The translations under genes and the position numbers were made by a program. From an uncultured delta proteobacterium (GTDB lineage: Bacteria; Myxococcota_A; Polyangia; Fen-1088), in assembly GCA_963796685.1 (NCBI GenBank), contig CAWCMR010000025.1, positions 768,001 to 832,000 of the forward strand: a stretch of 64,000 nucleotides of DNA, read 5' to 3'. A model generated the notes under the pieces. That model saw nothing but the letters and a program-made list of their open reading frames with translations. It ran no database searches and was not told where the DNA came from. Below are positions 50,536 to 60,207 of the stretch, one piece after another. How positions within the stretch are numbered: position 1 is the stretch's first letter; each line of letters starts with the position of its first letter.

Positions 50536-52242
50536 ATGACTCTCGCCCAGACACCCAGGTATTGCCGCCACTTGGCCGCAACGCTCGCTTGCCTGGCGGC
50601 CGGCTGCATCGCCCCGGATCGAACGGCGAGAGGGCAAAGCCCGAGCATCGCGGCCTCGTCCCCCGGCGTCGCGCACATCGAGGCCGAAAGCATGAAGCGC
50701 AGCGGGGGCAACTCCTTGTCGCGCCCAGGCTGGAGCGGCGCCATTCTCTACGAGAACAAGGACTCGCTGAAGACGTTCTTCACCTTCGGCGCGGCGGGGC
50801 GCTGGCGCATCGACGTGCGCGGAGCTTCCAGCGACAAGCATCCGGCCGGGGTCACCGTGTTCGTCGACGGTCAAGCGCGTGCATCGGGCTGGTTCCTGTC
50901 CCGCACGCCCCAGGTCCTTCCCCTGGTCGTCGACGTGGACACGGCCGGCACGCACGAGGTGCGCCTGGGCCAGACCACCGACGTGGGCGAGAACGATGCC
51001 TACATCGACTGGATCGAAGTGCAGTGGGCGGGCAGTGCCATGAAGGCCCCGACACGGCCGGCGACCGGAGCCGTGGCTTCGGGACATTGGCGCAACCTCT
51101 TCGTCGAGCGGGGCTATGCCGAAGCGGAGGTATCGCGCAAGATCGAGAATGCCTGGCAAAGCCTGTTTCACGGCGATCCCGACCGCGAGGCGGTGTATTT
51201 CGAAAAGGGACAAAACGCCGACGGACCGCTCGCCTACGTCATGGACGTCGGCAACGGGGACGTCCGCAGCGAGGGCATGTCCTACGGGATGATGATCGCG
51301 GTGCAGCTGAACCACAAACACGAGTTCGATGCGCTGTGGAATTGGGCCCACACCTTCATGGCCCACCCGGATCCCAAGGATCCGGTGCACGGCTACTTCT
51401 CCTGGCAGATGCATCCCGACGGCAAGATCATGGATCCCATGCCGGCGCCCGACGGCGAAGAGTACTTCGTCACGGCGCTGTACTTCGCGGATGCGCGCTG
51501 GGGCAGCGGCAAGGGAATCTACGACTACCACGCCGAGGCCGACCAACTGTTGCGCGCCATGCGCTCACGCGCCGTCATCGGCACGGTGACCTCCGTGTTC
51601 AATGCCGAGCGCAAAGAGGTGCGGTTCACCCCCAACATGCAGGATTTCGCCAGCAACGGGGACCACACCGATCCGTCCTACCATCTGCCGGCTTTCTACG
51701 AGGTGTGGGCGCGCGTGGGGCCACCCTCCGAGGCGGCTTTCTGGCGCGAGGCCGCTTCGACCAGCCGTGACTTCCTCGAGCGCGCGGCGAACCCGAAGAC
51801 GGGCCTGGTGCCGGACTACGCCGAGCTCGACGGTCGGCCCAAGCCGCGCAAGAACGATCCGGGAGGAGCCGATTTTCGTTACGACGCCTGGCGAGCCGCC
51901 ATGAACTGGTCCGTGGACGATGCCTGGTGGGCCGCCGACCCGCGCGCGCGCGCCCGCAGCGACCGGCTGCAGACGTTCTTCGAACAGCAGGGGCTGTGGA
52001 CCTACGTCAACCTCTACCACCTCGACGGCCGGCCGATTGGGAAGGATCATTCGCCGGGGCTCGTCGCGACCAACGCGGTGGCCAGCCTGGCGGCCACGAA
52101 CGTGCGCGCCTGGCGATTCGTCGACGAGCTGTGGAGTGCAAGAGTGCCGCACGGGCTGTGGCGCTACTACGACGGCATGCTGTACATGATGGGCCTTCTG
52201 CACACGAGCGGGCAGTTTCGCCCGTACTTCCCGCACCCTTAA
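50536..52242 (+). CDS. GH8 glycoside hydrolase (Rex / xylanase-like) lipoprotein with N-terminal CBM-like domain
   Basis: Lipobox LAAGC; DVRSEGMSYGMM, PAPDGEEY, HTDPSYHLPAF, FRYDAWR, RYYDGMLY. Confidence 0.9.
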   Translation: MTLAQTPRYCRHLAATLACLAAGCIAPDRTARGQSPSIAASSPGVAHIEAESMKRSGGNSLSRPGWSGAILYENKDSLKTFFTFGAAGRWRIDVRGASSDKHPAGVTVFVDGQARASGWFLSRTPQVLPLVVDVDTAGTHEVRLGQTTDVGENDAYIDWIEVQWAGSAMKAPTRPATGAVASGHWRNLFVERGYAEAEVSRKIENAWQSLFHGDPDREAVYFEKGQNADGPLAYVMDVGNGDVRSEGMSYGMMIAVQLNHKHEFDALWNWAHTFMAHPDPKDPVHGYFSWQMHPDGKIMDPMPAPDGEEYFVTALYFADARWGSGKGIYDYHAEADQLLRAMRSRAVIGTVTSVFNAERKEVRFTPNMQDFASNGDHTDPSYHLPAFYEVWARVGPPSEAAFWREAASTSRDFLERAANPKTGLVPDYAELDGRPKPRKNDPGGADFRYDAWRAAMNWSVDDAWWAADPRARARSDRLQTFFEQQGLWTYVNLYHLDGRPIGKDHSPGLVATNAVASLAATNVRAWRFVDELWSARVPHGLWRYYDGMLYMMGLLHTSGQFRPYFPHP

Positions 52243-52302
52243 AGTTGGCGCCGGCCGTGCCGATACTGTCTGTGAAGCACGACAACAGGTGGGAGCATTC
52301 CA

Positions 52303-52500
52303 GTGGCCAGACAACGAGACAATTTGGGCGAGCTCGAGTCATTCCAATCGCGACTTGCATCGCTCGCGCAAGAAACCACGGACTATCCGCTCGAATGCTC
52401 CATCGGTAGCTACGAGCTTCTCTTCGAATCGCGCGACGATATCGAGATCGTCCTCGACAATCTCAGCGAGGAGATCTCGATTTCGCGCAAAGCTGCTTGA
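52303..52500 (+). CDS. Small acidic hypothetical protein
   Basis: 65-aa ORF with a GGGAG RBS, filling an otherwise empty gap. Confidence 0.5.
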   Translation: MARQRDNLGELESFQSRLASLAQETTDYPLECSIGSYELLFESRDDIEIVLDNLSEEISISRKAA

Positions 52501-52583
52501 CGCACCGCCGCACCGAGTACCGCTGGCGAACCGTCACCAGGAATGCGCGCGTTCAGGGCTGTGTCGAATGGCGGCCCAGCTCA

Positions 52584-53276
52584 TCAGAAGGGATCGGCAA
52601 CCTGTGCGAGCTGCCACAGCTCGATGAACTTCGCACGCACCCAGGGGTGAAGGTCGTCCGCCACGCTCGATGGAAGGCGTGCGCTCTTGATGAGCTCCTG
52701 GACGTCGACGAGATCCTTCCCTCGGTGGGCAGCGACCATGCCGGAGGCCAGCTTCAGCTCGAGAAACCGTGGCATGGGCAAGAGCGAGAAGCGTTCCCCT
52801 CGCAGAGCCACCGTCGCCGGATCGGGAAAGGCGATCGGCTTCGGCTTGTCGTCGCCGGGAAAGCGACCCGTGCTCAGCACATCAATGTTCACGCCGTGCA
52901 ACGTATCGAGAAGCTTGCCCGTCCCGGGGACTCGTTCCGCGTAGCCGTTGCCGAGATGCCTGCGCTTGAATTCGGCAAGATGCTCGTCGCGCATGACGAG
53001 ATCAACATCGACCGTGACCCGCTTGTGGCCGTACTCATTGAGTGCGAAGGCGCCGATGATGGCATAGGGAAGGCCATCGTCTTCCAAGATGGAGGCGAGC
53101 CGATAGAGCGCGAGTTGCGCGTCTGCTTGTCCCATGAAGAACCTCCCGCAATAGTCCGCTCCCTCGACGAACCGGGCCTCCGCCTGCGCTGAAAGCCGTC
53201 CAGCGCCCCATGATACGGAGGAAACGGAGGGTGCGGGAATGTCGGGTCCCGATGGAGGCGCGAGGAGAGTCACCAA
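52584..53276 (-). CDS. Putative Pol-beta-superfamily nucleotidyltransferase
   Basis: YAIIGAFAL...RVTVDVDLV, later IDVL, LELKLAS, KDLVDV. Start uncertain. Confidence 0.65.
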   Translation of the reverse strand: MVTLLAPPSGPDIPAPSVSSVSWGAGRLSAQAEARFVEGADYCGRFFMGQADAQLALYRLASILEDDGLPYAIIGAFALNEYGHKRVTVDVDLVMRDEHLAEFKRRHLGNGYAERVPGTGKLLDTLHGVNIDVLSTGRFPGDDKPKPIAFPDPATVALRGERFSLLPMPRFLELKLASGMVAAHRGKDLVDVQELIKSARLPSSVADDLHPWVRAKFIELWQLAQVADPF

Positions 53277-53344
53277 CAGCAGGATACCACGGCCTTTCGC
53301 AGAGAGCCGTGGGCGTTGGAGTCGCGAGGTGGTACCGTGGCTGC

Positions 53345-54484
53345 ATGGTCTTGAGGGTTCGTGCTGCCGGCGCCGTCGCGGTCATGACGCTCGCCGGTGT
53401 TGTCGTGTGCGACTGTGGGGGCTCCTCGTCGGAGAATGCCAACCAGACACCGCCGACCATCCCCCAGGACGGGCCGCCCGCCGGCTACCCGGACGGACAC
53501 GCGGTCATCCCGGCCGAAGGGCAAGCCGAAAACGTGTCCTCGCCGACGACGGTCATTGGAACGGGCACTCCCGAGAGCTGTACCGGCGATGCATTCGTGA
53601 ACGCGGTCGCGAACGGCGGCATCATCACCTTCGACTGCGGGCCGGATCCGGTGACCATCGTACTCACCAAGACCGCGAAGGTGTTCAACGACAAAGGTAC
53701 CAAGCTGGTGATTGACGGCGGTAACAAGGTGACCCTGAGCGGTGGCGGCACGACGCGCATCCTGTACATGGCCACTTGCGACAAAGCGCAGGTCTATCCG
53801 CCGGGGCCGGGCGACTGCAACACGAACCCGGGCGTCCAGCTCGTCGTGCAGAACCTCACGTTCGTCGACGGCAGCGCGAAAGGCATTCCCGAGGGCTCGA
53901 ACAACGATGGCGGAGGGGGCGCGATCCACGCGCAGGGCGGAAGCCTCAAGGTGGTGGGCTCGCGCTTCTTCAACAACGTGTGCGACGACCTCGGCTCCGA
54001 TGTCGGCGGCGGCGCGATTCGCAAGCTCGACTATCTGGTGGCGCCGGGCGCCGGCCCGAGGCGTCCGGTGTGGATCGTGAACAGCACCTTCGGCGGCAAG
54101 CCCGGTTTTGGCAACTCGTGCGCGAACGGCGGCGCGCTCAGCAGCATCGGCGTGTCGTGGAACATCCTCAACACCCTGCTGTCGGAGAACACCGCGGTCG
54201 GCCACGGCGCGAACAGCGGCCAAGGCGGAAACGGCGGCGCCATCTACAACGACGGCAACGAGATCGTCCTCAACATCACCAGCAGCCTGATCGAGAACAA
54301 CGCCGCGAACGAAGGAGGCAGCGCGGTCTTCTTCGTCAGCAACGATCAAAGCGGCTCGATCACGATCACGGACTCGATCACCCGCAACAACCCGCGCGGC
54401 ACGTTCGAGACCCCCGACTTGCCCGGCTTCTACGTCATCGCCAAGAATCCTGCCCAGGTCATCAACTCGCAGATACTCCGCTGA
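53345..54484 (+). CDS. Secreted/lipoprotein with beta-helix (pectin-lyase-fold, PMP-like GGAI repeats)
   Basis: Signal with Cys; GGIITFDCG, IDGGNKVTLSGG, repeated GGAI/GGAL and FxNN motifs. Confidence 0.75.
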   Translation: MVLRVRAAGAVAVMTLAGVVVCDCGGSSSENANQTPPTIPQDGPPAGYPDGHAVIPAEGQAENVSSPTTVIGTGTPESCTGDAFVNAVANGGIITFDCGPDPVTIVLTKTAKVFNDKGTKLVIDGGNKVTLSGGGTTRILYMATCDKAQVYPPGPGDCNTNPGVQLVVQNLTFVDGSAKGIPEGSNNDGGGGAIHAQGGSLKVVGSRFFNNVCDDLGSDVGGGAIRKLDYLVAPGAGPRRPVWIVNSTFGGKPGFGNSCANGGALSSIGVSWNILNTLLSENTAVGHGANSGQGGNGGAIYNDGNEIVLNITSSLIENNAANEGGSAVFFVSNDQSGSITITDSITRNNPRGTFETPDLPGFYVIAKNPAQVINSQILR

Positions 54485-54602
54485 GCACCTCGGCAGCGCT
54501 GTGCGGAGCAAGCTCGAGGGACCGGCACGCGTCCGGCGAGCTGAAGCTGGCTTCGGACATGGCCGTCACGCGGGATTTGGGCAGGTGAGCGCGCATCGCT
54601 TC

Positions 54603-54632
54603 TTGACATGCAAGTAATTACTTGCATATTGT
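54603..54632 (+). promoter_or_regulatory. Sigma70 promoter overlapped by a perfect 20-bp operator
   Basis: TTGACA at 54603-54608; palindrome ATGCAAGTAATTACTTGCAT at 54608-54627; candidate -10 CATATT or TATTGT just before the GTG start at 54640. Confidence 0.8.
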
Positions 54633-54639
54633 CCGTGCT

Positions 54640-54966
54640 GTGAGCGACGCGGATTTGCTGTTCAAAGCACTGGCCGACCCGGGGCGACGGAAGCTGATGG
54701 ACCGTCTGCACGCCCACGACGGCCAGACGTTGAGCGAGCTCTGTCGGCACTTGGACATGACTCGGCAGGGTGTGACCCAACACCTCGCCGTGCTCGAGGC
54801 GGCGAATCTGGTGGCCGTCGCGTGGCGTGGGCGCGAGAAGCTCCACTTTCTCAACCCGGTGCCGCTGCAAGTAATCTACGACCGCTGGATTTGCAAGTTC
54901 GAGCGGCCGCGCCTCAAGGCGCTGCGCGACTTGAAGCGCCGTCTGGAACAGGACGGCGAAGACTGA
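54640..54966 (+). CDS. ArsR/SmtB family transcriptional regulator
   Basis: FKALADPGRR, MTRQGVTQHLAVLE, GREKLHFLNPVP. Confidence 0.92.
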   Translation: MSDADLLFKALADPGRRKLMDRLHAHDGQTLSELCRHLDMTRQGVTQHLAVLEAANLVAVAWRGREKLHFLNPVPLQVIYDRWICKFERPRLKALRDLKRRLEQDGED

Positions 54967-54976
54967 CACCCCCAAC

Positions 54977-55450
54977 ATGGAGAACACCATGAACACAACG
55001 AACCGAAGCCACTTCGTCTACGTCACCTATATCCGCACCACGCCGGCCAAGCTTTGGGAGGCGCTGACCCAACCGAAGTTCATCCGCCAGTACTGGTTCG
55101 ACTTCACCATCGAGTGCGACTGGAAGAAGGGCTCGTCCTGGAAAATGGCGAGCCCGGACGGTACCCTGACCGACGCGGGCCAGATCCTGGAAATCGATCC
55201 GCCCCGGCGCATGGTCATCCGTTGGCAGCACGAGTGGAAGCCCGAGCTCAAGGCCGAAGGCCCGGGTCGCTGCACCATCGAGCTCGATCCCGTGGACAGC
55301 GCGGTGAAGCTCACCATCACCCACGAAATCGAGCGCTCGGATTCCAAGCTCATCGCGGCCGTGTCCGGCGGTTGGCCCAGCATCCTCTCCAATCTGAAGT
55401 CGCTGCTCGAAACGGGGCAGGTCGCCCTCACGGCCCATCCTGGGCATTAG
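54977..55450 (+). CDS. SRPBCC / AHSA1-like protein
   Basis: YVTYIRTTPAKLWEALT, GQILEIDPPR, GWPSILSNLKSLLETG. Confidence 0.9.
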   Translation: MENTMNTTNRSHFVYVTYIRTTPAKLWEALTQPKFIRQYWFDFTIECDWKKGSSWKMASPDGTLTDAGQILEIDPPRRMVIRWQHEWKPELKAEGPGRCTIELDPVDSAVKLTITHEIERSDSKLIAAVSGGWPSILSNLKSLLETGQVALTAHPGH

Positions 55451-55464
55451 CGGGCGGCTAGGCG

Positions 55465-55710
55465 TAATGCCGTTCAGATAAGCCTTGGAAAGTGCTGTTA
55501 GGCGACCCGCCGGCTTCGGCGTGGCGGGTCCTGTCAGCTCGGGTTTGCTCCCCGTCGTGTGCTGCGGTCGATTCAATTCGCAAACTGCACAAAGCGACGA
55601 TCCCGGAGTGCGCCTGCAGCACAGGCGGCACGCGACCTCCGCGCACGACGGGTCCCCTCCCTCGCAGCCACCCGCCACGCCTGCGCCAGCTCGATGCAGA
55701 GCAGTTTCCA
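55465..55710. repeat. Structured intergenic element with nested inverted repeats, starting at an IS4-like terminal IR (MITE-like remnant or ncRNA)
   Basis: taatgccgttcagataag at 55465; inverted pairs 55486-96/55700-10, 55518-29/55670-81, 55551-62/55641-52. Confidence 0.6.
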
Positions 55711-55790
55711 TCGGATGAGATCATCGCCCCATGCGAAATAGGGTCGGTCGACCACGAGATGAGTATACCCGGAATGCTTGGGGCTTCGAG

Positions 55791-56573
55791 CTAGTCCTTG
55801 GTGCTCGGCCTCAGTCGCACGGGCACGCCGCGCCCGCGCAGGTAGTCGCGCGCTTGGCCGACGGTGTACTCGCCGAAGTGGAAGATCGATGCTGCCAGCA
55901 CGGCGTCGGCGCCGCCTTGGACCACGCCCTGGTACAGGTGCTCCAGATTGCCGACACCGCCCGAGGCGATGACGGGAATGGGCACGCGGTCGGCCACGGC
56001 GCGGGTGAGCTCGAGGTCGAAGCCGTCGCGCGTGCCGTCGCGATCCATGCTGGTGAGCAGGATCTCTCCCGCGCCCAGCTCGGCCATGCGCACGCACCAG
56101 GCGATGGCATCGAGCCCGGTGCCCTTGCGTCCGCCATGCGTGAAGACCTCCCATTCACCCGGGCGGTCCGGGCGCCGCCGAGCATCCACCGCAACCACCA
56201 GGGCTTGGCTGCCGAAGGCGTCGGCCACGCGGCGGACGAGCTCGGGATCGTGGACGGCGGCGGTGTTGATGCCGGCCTTGTCGGCACCGGCGAGCAAGAG
56301 CGCGCGCACGTCCTCCACGCTGCGCACCCCGCCCCCGACGGTGAGCGGCAGGAAGACCTTCTCGGCGGTCATGCGCACGACATCGAACATGGTCGCCCGT
56401 CCGTCGGACGAGGCGGTGATGTCGAGGAAGCAGATCTCGTCCGCGCCCTGGCGGTCGTACTCGGCCGCGACCTCGACGGGATCGCCGGCGTCGCGCAGCT
56501 CGACGAAGCGCACGCCCTTCTTCACGCGGCCAGCGTCTACGTCCAAACACGGGATGATCCGGCGCGCCAGCAT
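55791..56573 (-). CDS. hisF: Imidazole glycerol phosphate synthase cyclase subunit
   Basis: [35 protein letters not shown]. Confidence 0.98.
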   Translation of the reverse strand: MLARRIIPCLDVDAGRVKKGVRFVELRDAGDPVEVAAEYDRQGADEICFLDITASSDGRATMFDVVRMTAEKVFLPLTVGGGVRSVEDVRALLLAGADKAGINTAAVHDPELVRRVADAFGSQALVVAVDARRRPDRPGEWEVFTHGGRKGTGLDAIAWCVRMAELGAGEILLTSMDRDGTRDGFDLELTRAVADRVPIPVIASGGVGNLEHLYQGVVQGGADAVLAASIFHFGEYTVGQARDYLRGRGVPVRLRPSTKD

Positions 56574-56578
56574 GGGGC

Positions 56579-57313
56579 CTACCTCCCCCTCGCCGCGGCT
56601 GCCACCAGGGCTTCCTCGATGGTGAACAAGCCTTCGTAGAGCGCTTTGCCGATGACGACGGAAGTCGCGCCGGTCTTGCGCACCTGGTGGATGTCGTCGA
56701 GCTTCGACATGCCTCCCGAGGCGATCACGGCGCAGGGCTTGATGGTGGCGGCCAGGCGCGTGGTGGCTTCCAGATTGGGTCCGGTTCGCATGCCGTCGCG
56801 GCCGATGTCCGTGTACAGCACGGCCGCGGCGCCGGCGTTCGCCACCTGCAGTCCGATGTCCACCGCATCCGAGTCGGTGTCTTCCTTCCAGCCCTCCACC
56901 GCGACCTTGCCCGCGCGTGCGTCCACCGCGACCACGATGCGGCTGGGGTAACGCTTGCACGCCTCCTTGACCACCTTGGGCGTCTTGATGGCCGCGGTTC
57001 CCATCACCACGAACCTGGCACCGAGCGAGAGGATGCGCGCACAGGCCTCCAGGGTGCGAATGCCACCGCCGATCTCCACCTGCATCTCCCCGGCCGCAGC
57101 CAGGATCTTCCGGATGGTGTCGTGGTTGTGCTTGGCCCCGCCCGACAGGGCGGCATCCAAATCGACGACGTGCAAGCGCGACGCACCCGCGGCGGCGAAC
57201 CTGCGCGCCAATTCCCAGGGCGCGTGCGAGTAGATTTTGGCGCTCTCCGGGCGACCTTGTTCCAGGCGCACCGCTTTTCCGTCAAGCAGATCGATGGCGG
57301 GAAATATTTGCAT
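56579..57313 (-). CDS. hisA: ProFAR isomerase
   Basis: [32 protein letters not shown]. Confidence 0.97.
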   Translation of the reverse strand: MQIFPAIDLLDGKAVRLEQGRPESAKIYSHAPWELARRFAAAGASRLHVVDLDAALSGGAKHNHDTIRKILAAAGEMQVEIGGGIRTLEACARILSLGARFVVMGTAAIKTPKVVKEACKRYPSRIVVAVDARAGKVAVEGWKEDTDSDAVDIGLQVANAGAAAVLYTDIGRDGMRTGPNLEATTRLAATIKPCAVIASGGMSKLDDIHQVRKTGATSVVIGKALYEGLFTIEEALVAAAARGR

Positions 57314-57324
57314 GGGGTTTGGCC

Positions 57325-57958
57325 CTAAAGGGAGACGAAGCGCGCGAGCAACGACAGCCCCGCGCGCTGGCTTTTTTCGGGGTGAAACTGGCAAGCGAAG
57401 AGATTGTCGCGCGCGACCGCCGCGCAGAAACGCTGGCCGTGCTCCGCGACCAGGGCGACGTCGCGCGCGTCGTCGGGCACGGGATAGTAGCTGTGCACGA
57501 AGTAGAAATAGGTGTCGTCGGCGGTATCGGCGAGCAAGGGCGAGGTGGCCCCGCCAGGTGGCCTCTGGCAGGCATTCCAGCCCATGTGGGGGACCTTGAG
57601 TGGTGGTGCGATCTCTGAATCTCACCACCTTGCCGGGCAGCACGCCGAGGCCCGCGCACCCCGGTTCCTCTTCGCTGCTGGGAAAGAGCAGCTGCAAGCC
57701 CATGCAGATACCGAGGTAGTCCTTGCCCGCCCGAATCGCCGAAAGCACGGCGTCGCGCAGTGAGCCCCCGTCGCGCATCAGCCCGGCCATGCACGCGCCG
57801 AAGGCGCCCTGGCCCGGCACGACCACCTTGTCTGCGGTCGCCACCCGGTCCGCATCCCGGGTGACGAAGGCATCCCCTCCAGCCAGGGCCAAGGCCTTCT
57901 CGACGCTGCGGAGATTGCCGCTACCGGGGTCGACGATTGCGATGCGAGGCTTTGCCAT
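57325..57958 (-). CDS. hisH: IGP synthase glutaminase subunit (frameshift near 57608)
   Basis: GNLRSV, PGQGAF, LGICMGLQ; after the frameshift KVPHMGWN, YFVHSY, QFHPEKS. Confidence 0.95.
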
Positions 57959-57983
57959 CGGCGAAGTGACAGGGACGGCCGGG

Positions 57984-58577
57984 TCAGGCCGTCAATGTCC
58001 CTTTGGTGGAAGGCACGCTGACCTCGCGCGGATCGATGGCGAGCGCCACGCGCAAGGCGCGGGCGAAGGCCTTGAACAAGGCTTCCAGAATGTGGTGGGC
58101 GTTCTCCCCGTAGCGCACTTCCATGTGCAGGTTGCACAGGGCGGCCGAGGCAAAGCCCGAAAAGAACTCGCGCGCCAGCTCGGCGTCGAAGCTGCCCACC
58201 CGGCGTCCCTTGAGCGCATCGGCCTGGTACACGAACGCGGCCCGGCCGCCGAAATCGACCGCCACCCGCGCCAGGGACTCGTCCATGGGGACGGTGGCGT
58301 CGCCATAGCGAAAGATCCCGCGCCGGTCGCCCAGCGCCTGGCGCACGGCCTGCCCAAGGCAGATGCCGGTGTCCTCGACGGTGTGGTGACCGTCGACCGG
58401 AACATCCCCGCGCGCGTCGATCTTCAAGTCGATCAGGCTGTGGCGGCCGAACGCGTCCAGCATGTGGCCGAAGAAGGGCATGGGCGTGGCGATCTCGGTG
58501 TCGCCGGTGCCGTCCAGGTTCACCTCGACCTTGATCTGGGTTTCCTTGGTGGTTCGCTCGATCTCTGCCCGACGCAT
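57984..58577 (-). CDS. hisB: Imidazoleglycerol-phosphate dehydratase
   Basis: RTTKET, HHTVED, PMDE, NAHHILEALFKA, PSTKG. Confidence 0.98.
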   Translation of the reverse strand: MRRAEIERTTKETQIKVEVNLDGTGDTEIATPMPFFGHMLDAFGRHSLIDLKIDARGDVPVDGHHTVEDTGICLGQAVRQALGDRRGIFRYGDATVPMDESLARVAVDFGGRAAFVYQADALKGRRVGSFDAELAREFFSGFASAALCNLHMEVRYGENAHHILEALFKAFARALRVALAIDPREVSVPSTKGTLTA

Positions 58578-58766
58578 GGCCTCTCCACTATGGCGGTCGT
58601 CGGGCCCGAAATCAAACCTTGCGACGCAAGGCCGCAGATTTCACGTCGCGCCGACGGCAATGACAACCGGCCACGGCCGCGGTCACGACCTGCCGCGGCT
58701 ATCACGGGATTAGGGAGCACACGAACCCTGTAGAGGAATCGTGAGATTGGCTTTAGGCTTGGCCGC

Positions 58767-59543
58767 GTGCGCAGCCTGCTCTTGCTTGCCGTTGTCACGG
58801 GCGTTCTCACGGGCGTTCTCACGGAATTGTCCGGTTGCCGGGTGTTGACCAGCGGCCTGTCCGGCGATGCCGGACCGTCCGAATCCCCGGATATGTCCCC
58901 GGTTCTCGACGTGTTCGTGGGTCCGGTGGACGCGCAAACGGCCATCGACGTCGGCGAGCCGCCCGGCGTGGCGGGCGCGCCGGACATCGTCGGCTGCTCC
59001 GATGGGACGCGCGAGGGCTTCCGCGATTACCTCGACTGGCCGGAGATCGCGGGATGCGCAGGGGCCTTCGACCAGCCCGGCGTTCTCGGTGGCTCGCCGG
59101 ATCTCCAACCAACCTGCGACCTATTGGCCGGTGACACCAACAGTAACCGCGAGGGGATAGGCTGCAGCGCCGCGGATCTCTGTGCCGCGAACTGGCACGT
59201 TTGCCACAACGGTGTCGACGTCGCTGCCCATTCGCCGAGTGGCGGTTGCGAAGGTTGCGTGCCGGCTGACGAGCCACGGTTTTTCCTGGTTGCCTCGGGC
59301 GCATCGGCCATGGGGATTTGCTCGCCGGATCCGCAGGAGAGCAACGACCTACACGGCTGCGGAGGGCTCGGCCAACCCGAAGCCGAGAGCTGCGCGCCAC
59401 TGGGCCGCCGCATGGGTTTCGCCGACTGTCTGGCGACGGATGGCGTTTGGAGCTGCGGAACCCAGGACGACAGCTTGCAGGAAGCCAGGGTCGTCACCAA
59501 GCCGGAGATATCCTTGGGCGGGGTGTTGTGTTGCAAGGACTGA
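58767..59543 (+). CDS. Cys-rich lipoprotein
   Basis: Lipobox LSGC; GCSDGTREGF..IAGCAG, DLCAANWHVC, C-terminal GGVLCC. Confidence 0.7.
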   Translation: MRSLLLLAVVTGVLTGVLTELSGCRVLTSGLSGDAGPSESPDMSPVLDVFVGPVDAQTAIDVGEPPGVAGAPDIVGCSDGTREGFRDYLDWPEIAGCAGAFDQPGVLGGSPDLQPTCDLLAGDTNSNREGIGCSAADLCAANWHVCHNGVDVAAHSPSGGCEGCVPADEPRFFLVASGASAMGICSPDPQESNDLHGCGGLGQPEAESCAPLGRRMGFADCLATDGVWSCGTQDDSLQEARVVTKPEISLGGVLCCKD

Positions 59544-59614
59544 CGAAGGCCGGGGTTGACTCAAGGCAGCTACCTTGCCCGAATTTGAGCTATTCTCCCA
59601 TGCGGGTGAGACTG

Positions 59615-60133
59615 ATGAAGATCTCCAGCTTGGTTCGCGGCGGGAAACTGGTCGCGTTGGCAATGGCGGTTTGGGCGAGCGCCTGCACCATCAGCGATAC
59701 CGGTCTCGGCCAGCCACCCGACGCGGGCCAGAGCGGGCTGGCCGTTTGTCCAGCGGGACTGACGGATCAGGCCAACTGGCCAGCGGGTACAAGCTACACT
59801 TCCTGCGCCAAGCCCTGCGGCCCGGACGACATCGGAATCAGAAGCTGCAGCCAGACCGACAAGTCGACTTGTCTGGCGCCCGGCGGCTGCGTATGCCTGG
59901 AATCGCCCTGCGTTGCCTGCGCGAGCTGCGCGTTGCGCAGCAATTCCGACTGTTACCTGCCCACCAATGCCGTATCGGTCCCCGCATGCGCAAAGGAGGT
60001 CACCCAGGGTGGGGCGTGCGCCCCGGCATGCGGCAAGATCCTGTGCCTGGAGGCCGATGGTAAGACCGGGTGCCTGTGTAACGCCCAGGGCAAGTACGCC
60101 TGTGCGACCTGGGCTGAAACAACCTGGAAATAG
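59615..60133 (+). CDS. Small Cys-rich lipoprotein
   Basis: Lipobox-like WASAC, PDAG linker, densely Cys-rich body. Alternative ATG at 59600. Confidence 0.65.
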   Translation: MKISSLVRGGKLVALAMAVWASACTISDTGLGQPPDAGQSGLAVCPAGLTDQANWPAGTSYTSCAKPCGPDDIGIRSCSQTDKSTCLAPGGCVCLESPCVACASCALRSNSDCYLPTNAVSVPACAKEVTQGGACAPACGKILCLEADGKTGCLCNAQGKYACATWAETTWK

Positions 60134-60207
60134 CCGTTTCAGCATTGACGAGACCGGGAGGTACTGGGAAACTGCGCCCTCTTCGTAACCCCAAGGGAGA
60201 TCACCGC

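Noticed and set aside
55497-55503. GTTAGGC as an integron attC core site
   Set aside because: No complementary RYYYAAC box at a suitable distance on the correct side, no cassette array and no integrase.
60134-60207. SAM riboswitch upstream of metK
   Set aside because: Only 74 bp, much of it a likely promoter (TTGACG at 60145); no recognisable SAM-I/II/SAH motif.
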